DNA from: Deltaproteobacteria bacterium
GTDB taxonomy: Bacteria > Desulfobacterota > UBA8473
Assembly: GCA_003599365.1 (NCBI GenBank)
Contig: QZJR01000016.1
Coordinates: forward strand, 1 to 38,449
Direction of reading: 5' to 3'
Length of the DNA: 38,449 bases
Under the pieces are notes generated by a model, which worked only from the letters and a program-made list of their open reading frames with translations, searched no databases and was not told the DNA's origin. Shown here piece after piece: positions 17,168-26,330 of the stretch (its first letter is position 1; the number at the start of each line of letters is the position of its first letter). A program made the translations under genes and the position numbers.

Positions 17168-17575
17168 TCAGGCTATTTTACGTACGTTTTTCCTTATAAA
17201 GTCCCCAATATCCTTTATCAGAGTACCAGGACCAAAGATTTCTGTGACACCTTTCTCTTTGAGTATTGGGATATGCTCGTCAGGTATAATGCCACCACCT
17301 ATAACCAACATATCTCCAGCGTCATTTTCCCTCAAAAGATTCACAACCTTGGGGAAGAATGTCAGATGGGCTCCGGATAGGATGCTAAGCCCCACAACAT
17401 CCACATCCTCTTGCAGTGCTGAGTTTACAATCTGTTCGGCTGACTGTCTCCTTCCGGTATAGATTACTTCCATACCCTGGTCTCTCAGCCCGAAGGAGAG
17501 AACCTTTGCGCCTCTATCATGTCCGTCAAGCCCGGGCTTTGCTATTAATACCTTTATCTTTCTTTCTTTTTCCAT
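17168..17575 (-). CDS. Stand-alone B12-binding (cobalamin) small subunit of an acyl-CoA mutase
   Basis: '[18 protein letters not shown]' (DxHxxG), 'GLSILSG' (SxL), 'IGGGIIP' (GG). ATG at 17575 has SD 'aaggagg'. The track's TTG at 17614 would overlap the upstream gene. Confidence 0.9.
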   Translation of the reverse strand: MEKERKIKVLIAKPGLDGHDRGAKVLSFGLRDQGMEVIYTGRRQSAEQIVNSALQEDVDVVGLSILSGAHLTFFPKVVNLLRENDAGDMLVIGGGIIPDEHIPILKEKGVTEIFGPGTLIKDIGDFIRKNVRKIA

Positions 17576-17588
17576 AAAAAACACCTCC

Positions 17589-19544
17589 TTAATCATAGAT
17601 AGTCTGACATTCAAGTATCTCCACCGGTACCTCGGTTTCTCTTTCTATCTCCATATATACCCTTCCTGTCAGGTCCCTTCCCCACCCACTTAGATTGAAG
17701 GGCGAAGATGGGATTACGACCAAATCCGGTTTTACATCCGTTGATTTAATATAATCTTTTATATAGTTAATATAATCCTGGACTACTAATAAATCCCCCA
17801 TACAGATATTACCCCCAAAAAATCGGTTTGGAGGAACAGCAACCTTTATATCAATGTTCCTTCCTCTAAAGAAAGGGGATTCCAGCATGACCTTTTCCAG
17901 CAATGGCTTAATAAGGATTGACGTAAGGAAGAGGATGTTTTTGGCACCTTTCTTTTCGATAAGGTATTCTAATGACTCCAGGTAACCTCCCCGAAGACCT
18001 GTGCCCATAAATATTATCCCGAGATGGGTGTCGATATCCCTCGAATATGGGTATGAAGTCTTGTTTAAATTGAGTAAGAGATCCAATGTACAACCCTTCC
18101 TCAAGACCTCTATTGCCACAGATTCCATCTCATTCTTTTGTAAAATGGAGAGGAGGGTTCGGGCCTGAGGTCTATTGTGGATCACATTGCTCCCTATCTT
18201 CGTCAATATATCGCCTCTTCGCAAACCACTGTTAGCCACCGGAGAGCCTTTCACTATTCCGATAATTTCCGGCAGGTTCTTCCGGTTACAGAACAGCCCC
18301 TCTTCATACATAGCAGGCCTGATTACTATGGGAATCCCGTATTTACTCCTTATATCCCTTACCTTCCTGGCAATCGCCTCCCAGATGGAATCATGGTCGA
18401 ACAGATCATCTTCTGAAAAGTACTTAGAGTACCCCGGTAAGCTGATTTCTGCGAGATGGGCGTCATTTTCATCAGCATACTCAATCGTTCTCTCCATGTC
18501 ATCCAGCATCTCCTCCGGAGATCCGTCAGGCCATGGCACAATGACTGTGTTGTAAGGAATACCGGCTTTCCTGAGTAAAGGCAGAGATTTGATAGCTATC
18601 TCCGGGGTTTTGTCATGCATTAACCTCTGCCTCCTATGAGTTGAAGAACTATGCAGGGCAACATCCAGGTGCAATGGATTAAACCCCAAAAGGTAATCAA
18701 TCATCTCCTCTGTCAGAGTCGAACCATTTGTAGTTATTCTTATAAGTTTATCGCTCTTCTTCCGAACTTCCTGTAGTACCTCTCTGAAATGGGGATGAAT
18801 GAATGCCTCAAAGCTGCTCCCCAGACTTGTGAATAAGTTCTTCTTTTTTTCAGGATAAAAGTATTTCAGGCGGGTCTGTACCTCTTTGAACTCTTCGTCA
18901 GGAGACTTAGAAGGGTTCGTAAGTGCCAGAGATGGGGGACATCCTTTGTTATAACAAAAAACACAGTTGCAGTTGCATCTTGTTGCCAGATATCCCAACA
19001 TATCAGCGGGATCACAGGAAGACTCTTCAACCCATTGGGACAAGTCTTTAAGCCTGAAGGCATCGACTTTCACTGTCTTTCCATGACTTTCCAGCTCCAC
19101 CAAATCCAACAAACTCTGTAGTAGTCGTTGAATATACTCGACAGTCGGTTCATAAAGGGAGGTATTTCTTATAGATTGGAAACCGCACCCCCATGCGTCC
19201 CCATTTTCTTCTTCGAGAGATTTGCCGTTGTCTCCGTCCGGATATCTGATGGTTTCCGTTGGCATAAGGTTTCCCCGGCGTTCGCTATCCGATTCGACAG
19301 GGCACCCTTCATCCCCATCGAATACCCTGTGTATACGACTCCTGTCGTTCATCAATTTGAATCCGTCAATCCTTACCTCAGAATCTCCGTTACAGGGGAT
19401 TGCTATATCGAGGATATTCCTCAAATGCATTCTCAAAAGATCTAATCGAGAGGCACAGCGCTTATCCTCTCTATTGGTGCCATCAGACATTTTATATCGA
19501 AAGACATAATCATTGTCTGAAGATGCTGTTTCTTCCCTTTTCAT
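17589..19544 (-). CDS. Radical SAM protein with an internal PDZ-like domain, a DUF512-like C-terminus and an unassigned ~175-190-aa N-terminal region
   Basis: 'CNCNCVFC' is CxxxCxxC. The PDZ-like stretch is '[21 protein letters not shown]'. The C-terminus '[28 protein letters not shown]' resembles DUF512. ATG at 19544 has SD 'aggag', whereas the GTG at 19595 has none. Confidence 0.8.
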   Translation of the reverse strand: MKREETASSDNDYVFRYKMSDGTNREDKRCASRLDLLRMHLRNILDIAIPCNGDSEVRIDGFKLMNDRSRIHRVFDGDEGCPVESDSERRGNLMPTETIRYPDGDNGKSLEEENGDAWGCGFQSIRNTSLYEPTVEYIQRLLQSLLDLVELESHGKTVKVDAFRLKDLSQWVEESSCDPADMLGYLATRCNCNCVFCYNKGCPPSLALTNPSKSPDEEFKEVQTRLKYFYPEKKKNLFTSLGSSFEAFIHPHFREVLQEVRKKSDKLIRITTNGSTLTEEMIDYLLGFNPLHLDVALHSSSTHRRQRLMHDKTPEIAIKSLPLLRKAGIPYNTVIVPWPDGSPEEMLDDMERTIEYADENDAHLAEISLPGYSKYFSEDDLFDHDSIWEAIARKVRDIRSKYGIPIVIRPAMYEEGLFCNRKNLPEIIGIVKGSPVANSGLRRGDILTKIGSNVIHNRPQARTLLSILQKNEMESVAIEVLRKGCTLDLLLNLNKTSYPYSRDIDTHLGIIFMGTGLRGGYLESLEYLIEKKGAKNILFLTSILIKPLLEKVMLESPFFRGRNIDIKVAVPPNRFFGGNICMGDLLVVQDYINYIKDYIKSTDVKPDLVVIPSSPFNLSGWGRDLTGRVYMEIERETEVPVEILECQTIYD

Positions 19545-19602
19545 TTTGACTCCTGAATTCTGTCTCCTGTCTCCTGAACAGTTAGAAATCACCACGATTA
19601 TT

Positions 19603-20820
19603 TTACAGCTTCTCTTTTACATGTTTTGCCAATTCTTTAGCATGCTCCTCTGTTTCTTTTTGTATAGACCTTATCTTTTCATCGGAATACCCAAGAAGAC
19701 TTTTCAATACCTCTTCAGTATGTTGACCAAGGGTTGGCGGCGGCTCGTGGCTACCATCCATTCTATCCCTGATGCGTATAGGAGTTGCAATAGCCCTGAT
19801 CGGCCCGCAGACCGGATGATCCATATGAATAACGGTCTCATTATAAATCACCTGAGGGTCTTTCTCTACCTTGTCCAGTGTGTTTATAGGTCCGCCAATT
19901 ATGTCATGCTCTTTAAACAGATCCAACCATTCTTCTGTGTCCTTCTCCATGAGGGCCTCTTCCATGATACTTTCCAATTCATTCTTAGACTTCAGTCTTT
20001 TTTCCATTGTGTCAAACCTTGGATCGTTTAGAAGCCAGCTTCTACCGAGCACATGGGCAATATCCGGCCATGAGAGACCTAAGGTTACATATCCATTCCG
20101 GGTCTGAAACACCCCGATAGGAGCAGCAGGATGCCTTTTTCCTTGAGGTTTCGGTGGCTTGCCGGAGAGAAAGTACATCTGAAAGTGGTTGGACATAAGT
20201 GACATAGTAGATTCTAAAAGGTTCACATCTACTCTCACTCCTTTGCCTGTCTTCTGCCTTTCGTAGAGGGCTGCAACGACACCCATAGCGCCGAAAAAAC
20301 CTCCTGAAAGATCCGCAATTGCAATACCAGGACGAAGTGGACCGCTATCAGGATCCCCTACAAGGCTTAATGAGCCTGCCATCCCTTGAACAATATCATC
20401 AATAGCGGGTTTATCCTTATATGGCCCTGCTGTACCATATCCGGTAATAGAACAAGAGATAATTTTAGGATTCGTCTTCTTCAAGGTTTCAAAATCAACT
20501 CCCAATCTTTCAATGACACCGGCTCTAAAATTGTCAAACACTACATCGGATATTTTGACCAGGTCATAGAATGCCTCTTTACCGGATTCAGTATACATAT
20601 CCAGCGTAATGCTCTTCTTGTTTCGATTGAGAGCCAGGGTATAATAGCTCTCACCCTTTAAGCTCGGATTAATCCCCCTCACGATATCCCCCCTGCCTGG
20701 AGGCTCTATCTTTAATACCTCTGCTCCCAGGTCACCCAAAAGCTGAGACCCATATGGTCCTGCATGGGCATGTGATAGGTCCAGAACTCTAATACCGGTT
20801 AGTGGTCCCCTAATTGCCAT
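19603..20820 (-). CDS. Family III CoA-transferase (CaiB/BaiF/Frc-like)
   Basis: 'GIRVLDLSHAHAGPYGSQLLGDLGAEVLKIEPP' N-terminal signature, 405 aa, SD 'gggggagg'. Confidence 0.9.
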   Translation of the reverse strand: MAIRGPLTGIRVLDLSHAHAGPYGSQLLGDLGAEVLKIEPPGRGDIVRGINPSLKGESYYTLALNRNKKSITLDMYTESGKEAFYDLVKISDVVFDNFRAGVIERLGVDFETLKKTNPKIISCSITGYGTAGPYKDKPAIDDIVQGMAGSLSLVGDPDSGPLRPGIAIADLSGGFFGAMGVVAALYERQKTGKGVRVDVNLLESTMSLMSNHFQMYFLSGKPPKPQGKRHPAAPIGVFQTRNGYVTLGLSWPDIAHVLGRSWLLNDPRFDTMEKRLKSKNELESIMEEALMEKDTEEWLDLFKEHDIIGGPINTLDKVEKDPQVIYNETVIHMDHPVCGPIRAIATPIRIRDRMDGSHEPPPTLGQHTEEVLKSLLGYSDEKIRSIQKETEEHAKELAKHVKEKL

Positions 20821-20836
20821 CTTCCTCCCCCTCTAA

Positions 20837-21631
20837 CTATCTTCCTTTGAAAATTGGCTCACGTTTCTCCATAAACGCCTTCATGCCCTCAACTCGATCC
20901 TCAGTATTCCAGCATACCCCAATGGTCATCACTTCGTAATCAACGGCTTGTGATATGTCCATATTATAAAAATTCTGGAGACCTCTCTTTGCCAGGGCTA
21001 TTGGTATCGGGGCATTCTTTGCCATTTTCTGGGCCAGTTCTTTTGTTGCGTGAATGAGATTATCGTGGGGCACCACTTTATTGACCATGCCAATTCTAAG
21101 CGCCTCTTCAGCATCTATTATGTCTCCTGTAAAAATCAATTCTGCCGCCTTGGCATAGCCAACCAGCCTCGGCAAAAACCAGATACCTCCCCAATCAGGA
21201 TGTACCCCTCGTTTCACAAATGCCTGAGAAAATCTGGCACGCTCACTCGCAATACGGATGTCACACGATAGGGCAAGGTTGCACCCACCGCCCGCGGCCG
21301 CCCCATTTACAGCGGCAATGACCGGCTTCTCAATAGAATTGATTAACAGGACAATCTTGCTCATGGCAGGCCGTTCACTGGTAGCGATATTTGAAAGGGC
21401 CTTTGTAGTTCCAGAAACAAATTCATCTATATCGCCCCCTACGCAAAACGCCTTTCCTGCCCCTGTAATCACTATCACACGTACATCGCCATCAGAGCAG
21501 GCGAGTTCAAGGGCTGCCAATATCTCCTGTCGCATATTGCCGCCCAGGGCGTTGTATTTTTCAGGCCGATTTAAGGTAATTGTGCCGATACCATCCTCTT
21601 TTTCAAACAATACAAATTCCCATTCCATCAT
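20837..21631 (-). CDS. Crotonase-fold protein lacking both canonical hydratase glutamates
   Basis: 'LNRPEKYNAL' and 'GGGCNLALSCDIRIASERARFSQAFVKRG' (Glu1 to Asn, Glu2 to Phe). ATG at 21631 sits 5 nt after SD 'aggagg'. The track's TTG at 21649 is unlikely. Confidence 0.9.
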   Translation of the reverse strand: MMEWEFVLFEKEDGIGTITLNRPEKYNALGGNMRQEILAALELACSDGDVRVIVITGAGKAFCVGGDIDEFVSGTTKALSNIATSERPAMSKIVLLINSIEKPVIAAVNGAAAGGGCNLALSCDIRIASERARFSQAFVKRGVHPDWGGIWFLPRLVGYAKAAELIFTGDIIDAEEALRIGMVNKVVPHDNLIHATKELAQKMAKNAPIPIALAKRGLQNFYNMDISQAVDYEVMTIGVCWNTEDRVEGMKAFMEKREPIFKGR

Positions 21632-21678
21632 CTCTTCCTCCTGTATCAAAGTAGATCGTCTTGAAAAATGAAAATAGG

Positions 21679-22620
21679 TTATGACTCAAAGTCTCCAGCC
21701 AGCTCCAAAGACAGCCTATTGGCCCCTTCAACCATCCGCTTAATAAGTTCCTCGATAGTGGTAATCTCCTTTGTCAATCCTGCAATTTGCCCCGCAGGCA
21801 TAAGCATATAATCCGGATCGTTTTTATGCTCACTGCCCAGTTTGTCCACAAAGGCGTTGATTTCCTCTTGGTTGGCACCTTTTTCCTCCATTTCACGAAT
21901 CGCCATAACAGCCTTATTCTTCAAAGCTCTGAGAGGGAAACCCTTTCTAGCCGCAATCATTGTACTATTGTCCCTGGCAGCTAGAATTGCCTGTTTATAT
22001 ACCTCAGGGACAGGGCACTCCTCTGTGACAAGGAAACGGGTGCCCATCTGTATCCCCTCAGCGCCAAGGGCGTGTACCGCCACCCAACCCCGTGCATCTC
22101 CTATACCACCTGCTGCAACCACCGGTATCCTGACCGCGTCTACTACCTGGGGAATGAGTGTCAGTGTACTCACTTCATCTCGACCCACATGGCCGCCTGC
22201 CTCTGTCCCTACGGCAATAACGCCATCTACCCCTGCATCCTCTGCCTTCTTCGCCATCTCTACTGTAGGGGCCATGTGCAACACCTTAATCCCTGCCTCT
22301 TTAATCCTCTTTATGAGTTTACCTGCATCACCGGCCGAGGTAGTGATCGTCTTTATCCCTTCTTCAATAGCTATCTCCAGTGCCTCAAAGGCATTGGGTC
22401 TGTAGACAGGAATATTTATACCGAGGGGGTTGTCGGTCAATTCACGGGCATTCCTGATCTGTTTTCTCAAAGGTTCTGCCTTCATCCCTGAGGCAGCTAT
22501 TAAACCAAAACCCCCTGCATTGGACATGGCTGCCGCCATTTTCGCAAGGGTAATAAAACGCATTGCCCCTAAGATAATCGGATATTGAGAACCAAGTATC
22601 TCGGTAATCCTGTTTTTCAT
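21679..22620 (-). CDS. NMO/2-nitropropane-dioxygenase-family FMN oxidoreductase (FabK-like enoyl reductase fold)
   Basis: 'YPIILGAM', 'GVDGVIAVGTEAGGH', 'IPVVAAGGIGD', 'GAEGIQMGTRF'. Confidence 0.85.
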   Translation of the reverse strand: MKNRITEILGSQYPIILGAMRFITLAKMAAAMSNAGGFGLIAASGMKAEPLRKQIRNARELTDNPLGINIPVYRPNAFEALEIAIEEGIKTITTSAGDAGKLIKRIKEAGIKVLHMAPTVEMAKKAEDAGVDGVIAVGTEAGGHVGRDEVSTLTLIPQVVDAVRIPVVAAGGIGDARGWVAVHALGAEGIQMGTRFLVTEECPVPEVYKQAILAARDNSTMIAARKGFPLRALKNKAVMAIREMEEKGANQEEINAFVDKLGSEHKNDPDYMLMPAGQIAGLTKEITTIEELIKRMVEGANRLSLELAGDFES

Positions 22621-22654
22621 AGAGACTCCTTTTCAATGGTATTTGTAACTCGTG

Positions 22655-23449
22655 CTATCTCCCTTTCCAGGTAGGTGGCCTCTTCTCCGTGAAGGCTTTA
22701 AAACCCTCCATTACGTCCTCAGTGCGCATCAGGCTATGAGTTACATGGTCTGTTAGAGACATGGCATCAGGACGGCTCATATCCTCGCCTCTCCTAATCA
22801 GCTCTTTTACTGCCCTTATTGCGAGAGGACTATTTTGACAGATACTCTCCGCCATCTCCGTTGCCGTAGGGAGAAGTTGCTCAGCGGAAACTATCCGGGT
22901 CACCAGTCCCACCTCGTAGGCCCTCTGAGCGCTGATTTTATCTGTGGTAAGGAGCATTTCATGGGCAACCCCTCGGGGGATATAGCGCTGGAGAAGCGCA
23001 GTAAAGGTTGCCGGCATGCCCAACCTCGGCTCCGGTACCCCAAATTGAGCGCTCTCAACGGCAATCCTTATGTCGCTTTCCAACGCCAGCCACAAGCCTC
23101 CACCAAGACAATACCCGTTGATGGCCGCAATAATGGGTTTCGAGACATCATATCTTGCAGGAGATGCACGCCAAACAGGCGCCTCTTTCTCCCAAGAAAT
23201 CACCCTTGACGGAGGATTGCCCTTCATCGCCTCCAACATCTCCACGTCCGATGCGATATCAACCCCGGCGCAAAATGCCTTCCCAGCGCCAGTGAGAACA
23301 CCCACCCACACGTCATCATCGTCCCTGAAATTCACCCAGGTCTTCGCTAACTCATTGACAAGCTCAGGATTTAGGGCATTTAACTTTTCAGGACGATTCA
23401 TGGTAATATAAGCGATTTTATCCTTCTTCTCATAGATGACTAACGACAT
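22655..23449 (-). CDS. Crotonase-fold protein retaining only the second catalytic Glu
   Basis: 'MNRPEKLNAL' and 'GGGLWLALESDIRIAVESAQFGVPEPRLG' (Glu1 to Trp). Confidence 0.9.
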   Translation of the reverse strand: MSLVIYEKKDKIAYITMNRPEKLNALNPELVNELAKTWVNFRDDDDVWVGVLTGAGKAFCAGVDIASDVEMLEAMKGNPPSRVISWEKEAPVWRASPARYDVSKPIIAAINGYCLGGGLWLALESDIRIAVESAQFGVPEPRLGMPATFTALLQRYIPRGVAHEMLLTTDKISAQRAYEVGLVTRIVSAEQLLPTATEMAESICQNSPLAIRAVKELIRRGEDMSRPDAMSLTDHVTHSLMRTEDVMEGFKAFTEKRPPTWKGR

Positions 23450-23468
23450 AAATAACCTCCTTTTGGTA

Positions 23469-23915
23469 CTAGCCCTTTAAAGCAAACATTACATCACAGC
23501 ATTCATCGCCGGCTGCCACCGTCTTCAAGATAGAGAGGTCAATTTCTTCCCCTGTAGCCGCTTCAAAGATCCCTATATCCATATTCATCATGGCCTCACA
23601 TAACGGACGACCGGCACCGGCCAAGCCTAATGCACACCGTTCGTTTTTGCATCTAAGCCTTTTTTCTGTGAGTTCGAGTAGTGTTACCGGACTTTTACGC
23701 CGTTTAGCGCCTTCCAAAAAGGCGCTGCCAACACTCTTGAGGTCAAAGGAATCCAAATTTGTTCTCATCTGGTTTCCAATAGCCCTTCCCAACCTGCGGC
23801 ACACCTCCCCTATAAGAGGCAGAACCTCATCACCATACTTTTTATAAATCATACGGCTTAACAATGCCAGTGCATCCCTTGCAGTATTTACCTCAACTTC
23901 TTGCAATGAATTCAT
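23469..23915 (-). CDS. Small Cys-rich protein, possibly ATC-hydrolase-like (PF14196-type) fold
   Basis: The C-terminal pattern 'RCKNERCALG..PLCEAMMNMDIGIFEA..AAGDECCDVMF' resembles that family's C..C / LC..D / G..CDF signature as I remember it. The family assignment is tentative. Confidence 0.55.
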   Translation of the reverse strand: MNSLQEVEVNTARDALALLSRMIYKKYGDEVLPLIGEVCRRLGRAIGNQMRTNLDSFDLKSVGSAFLEGAKRRKSPVTLLELTEKRLRCKNERCALGLAGAGRPLCEAMMNMDIGIFEAATGEEIDLSILKTVAAGDECCDVMFALKG

Positions 23916-24017
23916 AATACCCCCTGTTAAAGTATAAGAAACAATTGCCCACTAGAACCCCATTTAAAAGGTCACTGAGAAAGAAAAACCCCATGGTTAC
24001 CATGACGATTTTTTGAT

Positions 24018-24422
24018 TTACAGACCTGCATGTTGTACTGTTTCATTTATACATCTGATGATACTTTGAAGACGGGATCCAGGCCCGAATATTTCCACGA
24101 CTCCCATTTCTCTTAATTTAGGTTTTTCTTTGGGTGTGATGATCCCTCCCACCAAGATAGGAATATTATCGCCTCCTTGTTCACTCAAGGCTGACTTTAC
24201 TTTCGAAAAAAGCGTTACTGCTCCACCTGCATGAATGCTCAGTCCGATAATATCCGCTCCTTCTTCGACTGCCGCCTGAGCGATTTCATTTGGGGTCAAA
24301 TCGACTCCTAGATAAACAACTTCCATCCCTGCATCCATCAAGGCTTTTGCCAAAACGTTTATCCCTCTCAGGTGACCATCTAAGCCAGGTTTTGCCAAAA
24401 GAATCCTGATATTTTTTTTCAT
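24018..24422 (-). CDS. Stand-alone B12-binding small subunit of an acyl-CoA mutase
   Basis: '[18 protein letters not shown]' (DxHxxG), 'GLSIHAGG', 'LVGGIITP'. Lies directly downstream of the 553-aa large subunit. Confidence 0.9.
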   Translation of the reverse strand: MKKNIRILLAKPGLDGHLRGINVLAKALMDAGMEVVYLGVDLTPNEIAQAAVEEGADIIGLSIHAGGAVTLFSKVKSALSEQGGDNIPILVGGIITPKEKPKLREMGVVEIFGPGSRLQSIIRCINETVQHAGL

Positions 24423-24470
24423 ACGTCATCCTTTATCAAATAATCTACAAAACTTCTCCGGTTATCATAA

Positions 24471-26132
24471 TCAAACCGTTACATTGGCTCCTCTCTCCCA
24501 AGCCCGTCGAACCTCCCCAAGAGTTGCCAATGCTTTATAGGCTTCCACCATTGATCTCATGGTATTCATGCCCTTTTCAGTAATATGAGTTATCTCGTTC
24601 AATGCCCTCTCAACCGATTTTTGGTCTCTTTTTCTTTTAATCTCGGATAGAAACGCAATCTGTTTCTCTTCAAAATCTGGATCTATTTCAAAGAGGTTTA
24701 ATTCCTGATCTTCTTGCTCGTCAAGGGTAAACGCGTTAAGCCCGACAACAACCTGTTTGTTGTTTTCTATCCTTTTTTGTTTTTCATATGCTGCTGATAG
24801 ATAGCTGTCCTGTATCCATTTCCAAGCCTTAACCGCGCCTCCTCTTTTATCCACCTGTTCTATAATTTCAAAGGATTTTCTTTCCAACTCATCAGTGAAT
24901 GCCTCAATACAATAAGACCCCCCCAGGGGATCTACCGTATTGGCAACACCACTTTCATGAGCTATGATTTGCTGAGTTCGCAGAGCGATCAAAGCAGCTT
25001 CGGGAGTTGGGGCAGCAAACGCTTCGTCATAGGAATTAGTATGTAGAGAATTGCAACCTCCTAACACTGCGGCAAGGGCCTGTATGGTGGTTCTTATTAT
25101 GTTGTTCAATGGTTGTTGTGCCAACAAGGAATTGCCGGCTGTCTGAACGTGATACCGCAGAAGCAAACTCCTCTCTTCTTTCGCATGAAATCTGTTCTTC
25201 ATTATTTTAGCCCAGACTCTCCTCGCTGCCCTGAATTTGGCCACTTCTTCCAGGAAATCCGTCTCACAACTAAAAAAGAAACTCAACCTTGGGGCAAATG
25301 AGTCGACATCCATACCCCTTTCAATGAAATCTTCGACATAGGCAATCCCGTCAGCAAGGGTAAACCCGATTTCTTGTGCTGCTGTGGCACCTCCTTCTCG
25401 AATATGATAGCCAACAATACTCAATGGATTCCATAACGGTAAATATCTCGTAGCGAACTCTACAGCATCACCGTGTACTTTCATTCTTAAAGGCAATGGA
25501 GCCATCCTAAACCAATTACACGAGTGAGAATTGTTGATACAATCGTTTTGGATCGTTCCTTTTAATTTGTGGAGTTGGACACCCCGATTCTCCGCCATAG
25601 CAATGTACATAGGAAATAAAAAGGGATGCGGAGCAATAAGGCTCACAGAAACCTTCTCTATGTCAATTTCATCAAACAGATCTTCCATATCTATTAAAGT
25701 ATCGATAGCCGTTCCGTTGATTCCTACCTGGCTCTGCGAGATATCTTCGTCTGAATCTCTGACATTCAAAGTGGGAGGATCGAAAACCGGATTTAACCCT
25801 GTCTCCCCATGAGCGAGAAGGTTCTTCAATATCTTATTCGATTCCTTGCCACCCATTGCCCCTGAAACAAGACGATGAGTCCAGAGTTGTCCGCGATAGC
25901 CGGTAGGCCTTATCCCTCGCGTAAAGGGATATTGACCGGGGAAATTCAGGTCATCCAGATACTCAATATTCTTGATATCTTCCGGGGTATAAACCCTGCT
26001 TACATTGTTTATTGATGAAGTTGAGAATTCACTTTCTCGCTCCCCCATTTTTTCAAGAATAGGGTTTACACATTTTTTCTCCCAGTTGATTTTTTCTTCT
26101 TCTATACGTTTTATATCCAGTTCGCCGCCCAA
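24471..26132 (-). CDS. Acyl-CoA mutase large subunit, paralog 3 (553 aa)
   Basis: 'FPGQYPFTRGIRPTGY', 'GTIQND', 'GYHIREGGATAAQEIGFTLADG', 'HVQTAGNSLLAQQPLNN', 'LHTNSYDEA', 'DPLGGSYCIE'. TTG start with SD 'aaggag' at 6-nt spacing. Confidence 0.9.
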   Translation of the reverse strand: MGGELDIKRIEEEKINWEKKCVNPILEKMGERESEFSTSSINNVSRVYTPEDIKNIEYLDDLNFPGQYPFTRGIRPTGYRGQLWTHRLVSGAMGGKESNKILKNLLAHGETGLNPVFDPPTLNVRDSDEDISQSQVGINGTAIDTLIDMEDLFDEIDIEKVSVSLIAPHPFLFPMYIAMAENRGVQLHKLKGTIQNDCINNSHSCNWFRMAPLPLRMKVHGDAVEFATRYLPLWNPLSIVGYHIREGGATAAQEIGFTLADGIAYVEDFIERGMDVDSFAPRLSFFFSCETDFLEEVAKFRAARRVWAKIMKNRFHAKEERSLLLRYHVQTAGNSLLAQQPLNNIIRTTIQALAAVLGGCNSLHTNSYDEAFAAPTPEAALIALRTQQIIAHESGVANTVDPLGGSYCIEAFTDELERKSFEIIEQVDKRGGAVKAWKWIQDSYLSAAYEKQKRIENNKQVVVGLNAFTLDEQEDQELNLFEIDPDFEEKQIAFLSEIKRKRDQKSVERALNEITHITEKGMNTMRSMVEAYKALATLGEVRRAWERGANVTV

Positions 26133-26330
26133 TTAGAACTCCTTATTCTATCATAATTGTCTTATTGCATTTTCCTTTTTAGCAAGTTATAAAAAGTCAT
26201 AAAGAATTAACTCAGGTTTTTCTAATCACTCTCCATCCGTTTGATTCGTTCTGCGAGATTATCGAATTTGAACCATAGGGATCAGGTCTTGAATATTTGT
26301 GTAAAGATGGGCTCAAGAGACTAACCTCTT

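Noticed and set aside
23985-24015. 'catggttaccatg' followed by a T/A run, considered as a terminator after the B12 small subunit.
   Set aside because: The stem is effectively 4-5 bp with a minimal loop. That is too weak to call a terminator.
26133-26330. Search for a cobalamin riboswitch or sigma54 promoter in the leaders of the mutase sub-operons (also 34500-34591 and 36754-36789).
   Set aside because: I recognised no B12-box-like conserved core and no TGGCAC-N5-TTGC element on the minus strand. The gaps are AT-rich with no clear conserved structure. A covariance-model scan would be needed to exclude these definitively.
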